Positions 26,239 through 38,291 of a stretch of DNA of 64,000 bases are shown piece after piece; within the stretch, counting starts at the first letter, position 1; each line of letters begins with the position of its first letter. The stretch comes from Vezdaea acicularis (Eukaryota), in the NCBI GenBank assembly GCA_026025075.1, contig JAPEUI010000036.1, positions 1-64,000 on the forward strand, read 5' to 3'. The position numbers and the translations under genes are program-made. The notes beneath the pieces were generated by a model. The model was not told where the DNA came from. It made no database searches and was given only the letters and a program-made list of their open reading frames with translations.

Positions 26239-26615
26239 TAGTTGAGGGGGTGGGATGGACGAAGGGGGAAGGAGCGTCATTGAGATTGAGCCGGGAAAGA
26301 AGAAGAGCGTAAAGACTGGGAAGAGAGGAGGTAGGGGGATGAGCAAATGTCAAAGGTAACGAGAGAAACTTCAATGGATGGTCTGGTGGTTTACGGGTTT
26401 CAGATCATCCTTAGGCAAAGAGCAGCGCGTGCAGCACATATATACCCCCTTGAGAATCAACTATATAATGAGACGTACAGAGATAAAACTATCCATACCA
26501 TCTCATAAGCCTTAATACAGCTGTTTTTCTTGGTATATGCCCAGGAAGAGTCGACTCCGATTGTCCACAGCACCCTCTTTGGCGCCATCCCTCAGAAGTA
26601 TACCTACAGTTTTGT

Positions 26616-29179
26616 TTACACATTAGGGAGAGGATTAGTATCCTCGAAAGTTATCGCATCATCAAAAGGTTTCACTTCGTCGCCAGTCTTGATGGTTGGA
26701 GGCTGCAAATCCGCATTTGTTTCACCTCCTGACACCAGACAAGTATGCTGACCAAACCAGACCTTCCCATCATATCTCCTTGTCTTGCTTAAGGTGACGA
26801 AAGGCTCCTGATCCCTCTCTGTAGTGTTCGGGTCCACGCAGACCATCTGGCACCGTCGACATGAACCCAGCATCTGGAAATAGTGCTGACCAACTTGAAG
26901 GTGCCGCCAGCGGTCCTCAATGTATGGTTGCTCGCTACCGGGTGGCAGGCCATGATCTTCAGCGATAATGATGTTAGCGCGGAAGACTTCCGCCTGAGCA
27001 GCCTTCCCACCAGTGGCCTTGATCTGCTCGTTCAAACGATTAAGGCTAGAGCGGCAGATAATAAGGATTGGGCTTTCATTAGAGAGCAAGATCGGCCTCT
27101 GTGGGAAGGGGCAGGCCTGCGATGGAGGCGTGCTTAGCATGGGCATCGCTTGTTGCGATACCTGATGTTTTTGAAGGTGCGCTTTCGAGTGTCGGGTGGA
27201 TTGGCCAGATCCGCCGGCAGGAAACCTCGCAAGGGTACAGGGTACATCAAGAGCTGCAGTGAAGAAGTCTGAAATCTCTGACGATGCGTACACAAATGTC
27301 TTGATGTTCTCGCCACAGACCTGTGACGATGGCCCTTGATGTAGTGAATTTTCGTTGCGATAAGACCCGGGTGCCGCGTTGAGCGGGATCCTGATCTCTT
27401 TTCTCTTGAGTGGGCCCATAATCGCTCCATAGAGCTTCACTCTCAAGAAACCTTCGTCAAGGTCAATGCTTGGGCGTAGAAGTGCCATTCTTGTATGCCG
27501 TTTCAAGCTGAGGGCCTTGCCGGTGCCAAGGTGGACAAGACACCACTCCCGATCCCATGCTAGACCTTCCTCTCTCACTTCCCAGCGCTGTCCGCAAGGA
27601 ATCTTCCAGCCTCCACAGCTCTTGATAGGATATATAGTCAAGCTCTCCACATGAAACCGTGGTCTTAGTCTCGGCGGGCTCATTATCGAAGATTCCGGGA
27701 CGACTCGAGCTTGCTCAACGTAGAACTCCTTGATAAAGTCGACGAAAGCTCTAACGTCTTGCGTCGTGCTCATAGCGCCTAGACTGATTCGAATAACTCC
27801 GGTGGGCTTACCATTGATGATGTCGATTTCATGGCCACATCTTTGGCCTGCCGAGTAGTTTTGCTTCATCTCCCACGATGCCAAGTTCAGACAGGACGCG
27901 ACTCCGCCTGGGTTGCAGACGCCCCCCGTCCTCACGTTTATCTTTTTGATATTCGCTAGTTTCTCGAACTCGGCATTGCTTACCCAATCGCGTTGTGCAG
28001 TGCGAAGGTTTAGAGCCAGTATTGGGCCTTGGGTCTTACTATCACCGTAAGACGAAGTGGCTTCCTTGTATATCTCACATACAGGGACCCCGTTTCCATG
28101 ATGGAGGCTTGCAAGCTGTTCGTAGAGATCTCTGGACAGGCGACCTGTGTGCTGAGATATTTCTGCCATCGAGTCGTATAGTTGGCCGTGGACGTCGAGA
28201 GCGATACCAAGGGCGAGAATGCTATGGAATGGAAGTGTACCATCTTCCAGTCGCTCATGGATTGTTCGCTGCTTCATGATGTGCCACTGATCTTGCTCGG
28301 ATGACACCATCTCGACTGTACCTCCACCAAAATATTTTCTCCGAGCGAAGATGTAGCCAGCGCCCTTGCGGACAATCAAGGCTCCGAGGTCCGGAAAGCC
28401 AAATATCTTGTAGAAGCTCACGACGGTGAAGTCTGGTGCAGCGGCCGCGTCGGCCAGGCTGAAGGGTGACGTTGAAACGTATGCGGCTGCATCAAGGAGA
28501 GAATATGCGTTGTGCTTAGAAGCCCGAAGGCGGTTGCACCACTCTAAAGGTAGGCGACGTCCATTCAGGTTCGATTGAGCTGGATATGCAAACAAGATTG
28601 GTCTTCCATCAAGATCTCCTCGGTCCTCGGTTGATAGCCACTCTCCAACGTCTACGTCCGACTGGAAGCATTTCTGACCTGCGGCAGCTTCTTCTCGAAC
28701 TCCAACGAGGCTAGTATGCGAGTCCCTATGATAACCATACCAGAAGCCCTTGTTCACCCCTTCTGCCACACCCTCGGCCTTCGATTCTCGAAAGGCTTCC
28801 ATGACCAACTTGACGCCGGCCGTCGCATTGGCAACAAAGACCAGATCGAAATCCTCTGGTTCTGCATCGAAGAAACGCAGGGCCCGCAGCCGAATATCTT
28901 CTATCTTCCTCGTCGTGAGCTGCGAAGCTGAAGAAGCCGAGTGGGGATTGCCATAAAGGTTCGCCAACATCAACTTGGAGAATTGCTCCACGAGGGCTCG
29001 AGGGTAAAGGGTCGTTCCAGCGTGATCCAGATAGGTTCCATCTAGAGCGCAGGTCAGCTACCGAGCTAATCGTGAAGTCGAAACGCTCATGTAATCGCCT
29101 CACCCTCCAGCATGGGATACTGATCCGTGCGAAGGCTCTCCACGTTTGCGGGATACTCAGGTTTGCCTGTCTCAGCCAT
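26616..29179 (-). CDS. hxB: Molybdenum cofactor sulfurase (PLP-dependent NifS-like domain plus MOSC domain)
   Basis: YLDHAGTTLY, LYGNPHSAS, SFYKIFGFPDLG (PLP Lys), RTGGVCNPG, IYPIKSCGG, LAWDREWC, FRANI, CRRCQMVCVD. Confidence 0.96.
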
Positions 29180-31750
29180 TGCGATCTCGTGTGGCGAAAG
29201 GTCCCTTGGCAGGCATTGAGGAGCACTCATCGAGGCAGAGCGATTGAAGCGACGAGGCGTTTGAGTTGTCCATCCTCGAACGCGGAGGGACGAATTTGAA
29301 GCTCATGATATGACGACTCTGTTTGCCCTGTGCGGGTGGAGCTCGCCACGGCCCCTCACCAAAAGCACGATAGGGTCGGCGGCAGCCTCCGACCGCGCTC
29401 TCACCCACCTTCTACGAAGACATCCAGTTCAATTGGTTTACGAATACATCGAGCCCACGTTCCGTCTATCCTTCGACGAGCAGAGGTGAAACCAAGTCAC
29501 GGGAGCAGTTGTGGTCAAGTTAGCAGGCTTGCACGGCCCGCGTCAAGCCGTTCCGTCGAAAGCATGATCACGACGTAACCAACGAACTGTGGGAGTAGCG
29601 ACGAATTCTTCCATCCAGCTTCGAGAAGGTGTTTGGGACGTCGGTCGATCGCGGATGACTCGACTGCCCTCCGCGGTGCTGGGGACGACTCCGGTTAGCA
29701 TCGCCATACGCCATCGCCAGTCGAGGCGGTCTAGCTTCGTTGAGCTGAACGGCCCAAGCAGTGGTGGGCAGACCCTGTCGCCTGCGTGCTTTTTGCTGCC
29801 CATTCGAGCCCGCCCTGCTCGTCCCACCAGCCGTCGCCGGCAGATCAGCAACTTACACGCCAAGGGCTTCCCAATACATGGCCACACGAGCGCTTGCGGG
29901 CAGAGAAAAAGGAAAAGGAACATGAAGGAGGAGAAAAAAGAAGAAAGGAGAGCGCGTGCGGGCCTCGTAATGGCCATGCTTGGATCGACGCCTGGGCATC
30001 CCGATTGGGCGTGAGCGTTGGGCGCCGGGCGGGTCGACCTCCCCTTCTCGCACGGGGACGGCGGACGAGGACTGCCACCAGCGCCATCGTGAGGCTGAGT
30101 GGAGGTGGGGATGCCCGAGACTCTGCGAGAGGTATCGCTTTGGGCGACCCAACGGGGCTGGGCATGATTGGTGATGGGCGCAGGAGAGTCGCCAGAACCC
30201 AAGGCAAACGATGCAGGTCCGTCTTCGCAAGCTGCCTTCATCTGTGTCTGGCAGACGCCCACGATCCCGTGCACCAAGGTAAGAAACGCTTTGCGGTGCA
30301 CGCAAAGGGGAGCCGGGACTCGGTCGGGGGACTCGGGCGTACCTCGAACGACGTCATGCTCCTATCAGCGCTTTGCCATCCGACGGGTGATGTGACCGAC
30401 ATACTGTACGACTGCGATGCGCTGTCCCAAGTCACCAGCAGCGACGGCGCCATGCTGTTCCCCGGCAGACGCCCGCCTGTCGCCAGGGCAGGAATCGGCC
30501 CAAGCAAACGTCGCAGAGGATATACAAAAGGAGGGTGTATTTTCCGCTCCTCCGCCGTCCGCCCGGATGGTGGGGTGAATAGGGCAAAGACGTCCGCGGA
30601 CCGCCCCGCGTCTTCATTCGTCTCTGACCGCCTGCTCCTGTGCCCGCTACGGTACGCCCCACCACGTCCCCCCCACCAGAGTTTCCTGGTACCCCACGAG
30701 AGGACGCTAGTCGGGGAACGAATACATCCCACTCTCGGGGACGACATCGAAGGGAACGACGAGAGAGGTGTTGATAGGCCGACGGAGGTGGTAGGGCAAC
30801 GGGCCTGCGCCGCGCGCTGGCTCGAGCGGATGCCCAATGCACGGGATGCGTGTGTGGTCACTCGTTCCGAGCAGCGCGCGAACGGGGCGGAGTCGTTGCG
30901 TGTGCAGAATGGAATGGATGACCAGCGACGGGGCAGCCCACAGCTGATTCGCCCCCGGCCAGAGTCGAAATTTTCACTCGGCTCTGTCGCGGGGCACTCG
31001 GATCGACATCATCGAGGGAAAGAAACCCTTCCATTCCTCCCGCCATGCGGTCCACGATGCCATTGACGCCAGATCGCGCACCCTGATGGCCGGCTGACGC
31101 GGTCTGCTACTGTAACGTGACTGTCGAAAAAGGGTCGGGCTCCCCGTCGCGCCTGCAGTAACCGGATGAGGGGATTCTGCCTTATTGTACTTGGCGCGTC
31201 TTAAGCGACGTCGACGGAGAGACCTGGAGACACCGAGAACGCTGCGTGATTGCCGCACAACTGGCGAGGCTATTGTGTATTTTCGGCGTCGGCGTTTTGT
31301 GCATGATGCACGGCGAGAAGCTCACGGCGGAGGGGGGGGGGGATGTATTCCACCGGTTTGCAGCTCGGCGGGAGCAGGGGTAGTTGGACCGGAGGCGCCC
31401 CTCTTAAACAAATGATGCGGCCGCCTCACCGTCGCAAAATCCGTCTCGACAAAGCTTCACCAGAAATCTGCGTTGCGATGGAGGACGACGCACATCAGCC
31501 CTCCTTCCCAGGACGATAGCCTTTGACCATACCCTCATATAACCTCCACCGCCACCCTGCACGGACTCGAAGTCAATTCGGACCTGGCAACATTGCCTGC
31601 TGACTGGCTGCTGCGACATCCTTCCCTTCACCGCCGTCCTACCTAGCAGCTCATCCCACCTTGTAGGAGCTCTGACCTCTCGACTACTTCACGAGCATCG
31701 CCGCCCGTTGCTGCTCAAGACCCAGGCTTAGCTGGGCCGGTCTCAATCAG

Positions 31751-34563
31751 ATGTGCGACGGTTCCGGAATGAGCCCGCTCGCTCTCTCGAGTCCCCGTTA
31801 CTCCCAGAACATGGTGAGTGGGCCGCGCATGGAACGATGCGCTTGCGACGGTGCCATATGCTAATCGTTCGTGACGTGCAGCATCGTTCGCACAGCAATG
31901 CATCGTCGCGCAGCCACCAACACGAGATTGCTCGTCAGTTGAGCAATGGAAGTCACCGCACTGCGCTCACCTCCGGCTCCATATCCTCCTACTCGCCCCA
32001 GAACCTCGACATGAACTACCCCTTCTATTATTCGATGGCACGGCAGCCCTCGGGCGATGCTTACTCGCCCAATCACTCGGCCGGTTTTTCGTTTTCTCAA
32101 GGGGGAAGGATCAGGAGCTCGAACGATCTGGGGACTGACGTCTACTATGGCCAATACACGCCCACTCGTTCGACTGCTTTCACTCCTCCAGGTTCCGGAC
32201 ACCCTAACCATAGTGGCTCAGTAGGCTCCAACCTGTCATCGAGCCAAGACTTCTACGATGCTCTCTTGACTGGCATACAAGACGTTCCCCCCCTTCCCCT
32301 CCAAGGGCCCGGAGAATCCATGGACGACAGTCTAACGGGAGTGGGCTATGGACAAAGGCCGCCCCCAGAACTATTCCATAACATGCTCAATACCCTTCCG
32401 GACCATCCAACTTCAGGAATGGCTGCTCCGTCCGAGATTTATGACCATGAGGGAGTTGAAAGACCCTACGACTTACACGTGGACCAGGCTTTGGAACCGG
32501 AGGCGAAGTATCACGCGGGCAATCTTACTGGCCATCTCCTTGGACCCCCTGCCCCAGGATTTCATTCCAATACTTTTCAAGGACCATGGAACGATCAGAA
32601 CCCACAGTTCGTGGATAATTCAAGCAGACCCAGCCGAGTCTTGTTCGTGGATTCCGGACCTACTCTAGAGGAAATTCACAGTCTTAGCCGGCCACTTAAA
32701 GGGTCTATTGATATGATGCCGCGGAAGCGTCCAAGGGAATTAAGCCCTGGGGAGGCTGACGAGGAGCAAAGCAAAACCTACAAAAGGCTAAAGCCGGAAT
32801 CGCCCTTGATCGAAGACGAGAACCTTCCCCCTTGCTTTCGCTGCCAAAACATGAAGGGAAAGGTAGGCACCAAGTGTGACGGTCTTCTCGCTTCGTACGC
32901 TAACCTGACTCGCTCCAGTGCGACAACAACAAACCTGTGTGCGAGGGATGCAAAAGATTGCTTCGAAAATGGAATGACTTTCCCGTGAGCTGCCTCGACA
33001 GTCGTGAACAGTGGAAAGTCTTCGTAGAGTCTTTCATACCTGGTATGTGCCTATCTACTTCTATACATTTCAGTGCTGTGCGGGTACTGATCTCGCTCAC
33101 AGACAAGTACAACGAGCACCTTAAGGTGGAAGCGCTAAAAAAATACTTCGACTTGAATGCCTCAGGCTGGAACGAAGACCGTGGCCCCCTCAATGTAGCC
33201 ATGTCCACCGACTTTGGGCCACCAATCTGGATCGAAGTCCATGAGTTTCGACCCAATGGACCCGAATTCAAGTTCCAATTTCATTGGCGCTATAACGATA
33301 TTACGGGCAGTCATGAAAATTGGACAGAGTATGCTGCGCCGTTGGCGATCATGGCCTGGGGTCCAGGTCACAAGTTCAACGACACAGAACAGGACGAATA
33401 CCTCGATAGGATTCTAGACATGTACTTGGAGGATTTTCCTTCTGCTTTATTTGACGAGGGGGATGTTAAGCTCCCGATGTCAATTCTTCAACATGTGTGC
33501 GCATGGTACAAGCACCTGGTCCGTGAAAACGGTGAGAGCAAGAGGGAGAAGGATGAGAGAGAGGTCCTTCGCTTTGCCCTTAAAAATTTGGTTATGGCCT
33601 ACATGTTTGGCCGTACGCTGAGCTTTACAGAAAGCTCTAAGCGTGAAATCTTCGAAAAGTTTGGGAGGTCTCCCGGCTTACCTGATGAGGACTTCAATTC
33701 GAGCCGGATGCTAAATCGAACCATGAAATACATCCTGGACAAGAAACACAAGGCGCTGATGAGGGAAACTCTGGAAAAGGTCTTCCGGCTGATCATAGGC
33801 AATTCCAAAGCCGCAAGGGCCAGTGCGTTCTGTGCGATTCTCTGTATCATAATGGCCGTGGAGGAGGAACAAATAAGTATTGTCCTGAATGTGAAGAACA
33901 AACAGGGTAGGGAACCTTCAAAGAAGCACAATTCTGCTTTCGGCGAAACAGACTATTTCCGAGGAGCCATGGAAGACAAACTTCGAAAGATCATTGCCAT
34001 CTTCAACCAGACGTACGGAAAAGGTAAAAACAGCATATTTCACACCTTGGGAGAGATACGCAAAAGGCAGACAGACGACACAAAACTCCTCCGCACAGCC
34101 TTTGAATTATGGACAACGGCCAAGTGCAATGAGCCGAAGACCCGAAAGGGAAAGTCCGAAAAATCACAGAAGGCAGAAGACGTTGTGAAAAAGAGGAGAG
34201 AAAAATTTTGCAACGAAGGGTTCGACTTTCATTCTATCGAATTCTTCGATAAATTATATGAGCTATGCTCCCACCACTGTAAGCTCTCCCTAAGACATTA
34301 TACAAACAACCGAACTGACCAACACCATAGTATACTATATTCAGAGGAGGAAGAGAATCCAAAAGGGAGATGAAGAGAAATTCACGAGTCTCAACACTGG
34401 GCGTCTGGTCTGCGATTTCTTAGACCAGTTAAAGTTCCTTCCCTCCCCACCACCGCCAGCGCCGACGTTGAATGGTTTCGATCCTACATTAGATTTCTAT
34501 GAGTCGGATTTTGGGCCTGGTTTTGAGAACCGGCTGCGACAAGATTACGGATTTGCCCTGTAG
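31751..34563 (+). CDS. Zn(II)2Cys6 fungal transcription factor, multi-exon; start uncertain
   Basis: Spliced cluster CFRCQNMKGK/CDNNKPVCEGC; introns 31814-31881, 32863-32918, 33043-33102, 34280-34330 keep the frame to TAG at 34563. Confidence 0.85.
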
Positions 34564-36179
34564 CTTGATCTTTTTGTTCATCTTGTAGGATATCTACTGG
34601 GGGCGCATCTGCGGTTCGGAGTAACGGAAGGTTGAGTTGTCTCCCTTGGACTAGAACGGCGCTTGAGGTTACGAGGAGTTTACGTGGGTGTAGCGAAGTC
34701 TGTGGGAGTTACGATGGCTTCAACGCCCAAAAGTTATCTGTCTGAGAAATTCACGGGGTCCTACCCTTGCATCAGCTTGCATGTCCGTCTATGATAATAG
34801 TCCTACAGTCTCATAGGTTCGCGTGACCGTAGGGTGGAGAAGACGTGGCCCTGCTAAGTAGCCTATGTCGCTCTTCCACTGACTGGATGAAGTATGCCTC
34901 AAGACCAAGGGAGAGAAGGTTCGGGAGGTAGGCAAAGTCGTGGTGGTGTTTGAGAGCAAGCAGGTCTCGTATAGTCCCTATCGTGGGATTTAAGCCTTGG
35001 TTGACGGTCTCTTCATCCACGATCACCGCGTGAAATGCGAAGATCATGACAAGATGCTTCATCGACTGGCCCAACCGCCTTCACGCGAGATGCATCATCG
35101 AGCTGAGCGTGGAGAGAAGGATTGCCGATGAGGCATGCATGTCGAGAACCGTCGAGTGACTGCTTGCTGCGAAGAATCTGAAAGGACAATCGAAGAGTAT
35201 GCGGAGGAAAATGGAAAATCCATCTCGCTTAAGCCCTCCGACGCTAGCTACAGTAGCGTTAAGGGTTTGGAAAGCACCGGAAAGTCCCCTTCGTTGGCCA
35301 CAGTGCCCTCCTTTCCTCTTCACACACTTTCGAACGCATAATCAACCTCTGGAACTCTCTCGTCTTGCGACAGAAAGATCCGTAGTCTAGCAGGTCATAT
35401 TGGCGTTCTAGAAGAAGCTCGGGACACATTAAGGCTTCGATGCCGATCATCTATTGTATGTTCGATGGCTTGTAGAGTCACCTGCGTGTCGCACAGAACA
35501 AATTGCTTCGCGGATTCGGCACTCTGCAAAGGCTCCACACTGTTGATAGTGACTTGGTGGTGAGGTCAAGCTTCTGGGCATTCACAGAGCGGCTGTGATG
35601 GCAGCGCTGGTTGTGTGCTGCCAGGAACGGGCCTGGGAAGGGTGGGACCAAGGTGCTTTGCGTGACAAGGTTTGCTCTCGTACCCAAAATACGGAGCGCC
35701 TAAATTTAGTCTTGATTCATACCTTAGACCAGGACATATGGGAACATCAGCGTACAGGTCTGGCTCTTTTGTAGAAGTTGCTTAGTCTTTCTCTATTGTC
35801 ATCCAATGCAAGGTTTCAGTGCATTTTGCCTGAATCACTGATTATACAGCCACTGTTGCATTGAGAGTGACGCGGATGGCTTGAAGTGGCCGAACGCCTC
35901 CTTAGCGTGGTGTTCAATCTGCAAGTTCTCTCCTGACCCGCTCACCGAGCATCAGCTCATCTTATATGGCCTCCCCCATCGCCACCATCATTCTTCAGTC
36001 TTACCCTTTTACAGATGAATTCGCGCCCTCGCAGTCGTCGGCAGTGGTAGCAGCCGCTACTCAAATGTGTGAAAGTCAATGGGAATGACTTGATTACGCC
36101 GTTATCGCTAGCTAGAGTCGCCGAAGCTGTCCCAGCCCTTTCACTCTTTGCTTCTGCCCTTCTCCTTGTTGTATGCATC

Positions 36180-38291
36180 ATGACTTCTACTCTGAGTAAA
36201 CGCCAGCAGGCACGGAACGAGAAGACTCTGCAGGATTTAACAAGGAACGTCCCTGGTAACGATCGATGTGCGGATTGTCAGGCAAGGAACCCAGGTATGA
36301 GAATCTGTTCCTCCGTACCGGGGTGAGCGCGGAGCACTGACCAAATGTTCCTTTAGGATGGGCAAGCTGGAGCGTACGTCTCCCCTTCCAAGTTGCACTC
36401 TTATGAGTAATTGCGAGTCGCTTGCTACTTCATCATGGCGTTCGATGAACTTTCCAGCGTCTGAATTTCAGGATCAAATATGGCTGACGACGGCATGCTT
36501 AAACAGTTGGGCATATTCCTATGTATGCGCTGCGCATCTCTTCACCGGAAGCTTGGCACGCACATATCGAAAGTCAAATCGCTAAGTATGGACACCTGGA
36601 CAAACGAACAGGTTGAGGTAAGGTCTCCAGCAATAATGATGTGCGAGAGCAGGAGCAAGTCTGATTGGTAACTTTCGCAGCACATGAAAGCCGTCGGGAA
36701 CAATGTAAATAATCGCCAATTCAATCCAAACGGCGCGAAGCCTTCCATACCATTAGATATCGATGAGGTTGATTCAGCGATGGAACGGTTCTTGCGCCAG
36801 AAGTATGAGCATCGAGCCTTTGAGGTCGGATCTCGACGACCGACCGTCAAACACCACACAGGCTCAACGAGCTCAGACGAGCCGCCGCCTCTTCCACCCA
36901 AGCCGAACGCAACACGCTTCGGCTTCGGGGCTCGATCGGTGTCTTCGCCCTATCTATCCTCCAGTCATAACCGATTGAATCAGGACTCGCCCCCCTTGTC
37001 TCCAGATTCTCTCAGATATAATGGGAGGTCACCTTCTCCCCCAAAGGTAGACAAGTACACCCGGAATTACGCAGCTCTTGTCGGGTCCACAGGAGAAAGC
37101 ATGGAGTCTAAGCTGGCTTCTCTCAAGGATATGGGGTTTTCTGACGCAAAGAGGAATACAGTAGTCCTAAAGGGCCTGGGTGGGAATATGGAGAAGACAG
37201 TCGAAAGCCTCATTAGACTCGGAGAGGGCACTGCAGGACAATCGAGGTCGCGTGCACCGAATCCTCCAAGCTTTGATGAGCTAGTAACAGTAGCAGAGAA
37301 GCCGAAGGTTATGGCTCCCGCTCCTCCGAGTAACAACCCTTTTGAGCGACCTCCAACGAATGCTCAGCTACCTCCAACACCACATACTACTGGATCTCAG
37401 CAAACCTTTCCTCCACCCCCGATTTCAACCCAGGAATCAAGGGCCGATGGTGGCGGCTTCAGCTATAATCCATTCGGAAATTTCGTGAATACCCAGCCCC
37501 ACTCCGCTGAACTGTTGTCAAGCGGCGTTCAGATCTCCAAGCCTTCCTTACAGAATGCTGCTGGGGGTGTTTCTCTTCAGCAGCAGACCCAACCGCAGCT
37601 CGGGTCCACATTCACGAAAACCCTACCAGCCGCCCCCCAGCACGCTTATACATATCCTCAGCCACAGCTAATTCAGCCACAATCTACGCAACAGCCACCA
37701 GGGATGGCTAACGGCACCGCAAACCCCTTTCTACACCAGCCTCCACAATATCAGACGGCGACAAATCCTTATGTGCCGGTACAGGGAATACACCCATATT
37801 TGTCTGGACAGCTTGCTCAAACGCAGCCAGCTGACGCAAACGCATCCTTTCTCTATTCACAGCAGCAGCACATGCCTCCCTTCTCTGGACAGGCTGATGT
37901 GCCCGAGCAGCTTGTACGTGCGGATAAATCCAGCATCATGGCTCTTTTCAACTATCCGCATCTTGCCCCAGCACCACTGCCCACGGCTTCGCCAACCACG
38001 CTCTCGCCCACCGCCGAGCTTCCGTTGTCTAACAGTCAGACGCAGCCACCACTCCTGGTGAATGGTCCAACCCGTAGCGTGTCGACTCCTGTCGGTCCGG
38101 CCTCTGGCTCACGGAACCCATTTCTCAGCAGCAATGGAGGAGCGACGTCAGGCTCTGTGAGGATAGGAGCCATGTCAGTCGGCGGTGTAGGTCGACACGT
38201 CAGCCAGGAGAGTGTTGATATCGGTGGTCTTCAGAATGGGCGACACAGTCCTGATGCATTCGCCAATCTGAGCGCCAGGTTTGTACGATAA
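36180..38291 (+). CDS. ArfGAP-domain protein with UBA domain and NPF motifs (Gts1/Ucp3-like)
   Basis: CADCQARNP/GWASWS/LGIFLCMRCASLHRKLGTHISKVKSLSMD; UBA-like LKDMGFSD..NMEKTVESLI; repeated NPF motifs. Confidence 0.92.

Noticed and set aside
29543..31066. Long overlapping ORFs (426 aa on +, 252 aa on -)
   Set aside because: Arg/Pro/Ala-rich, no recognisable motif, open in several frames on both strands as expected for GC-rich non-coding DNA
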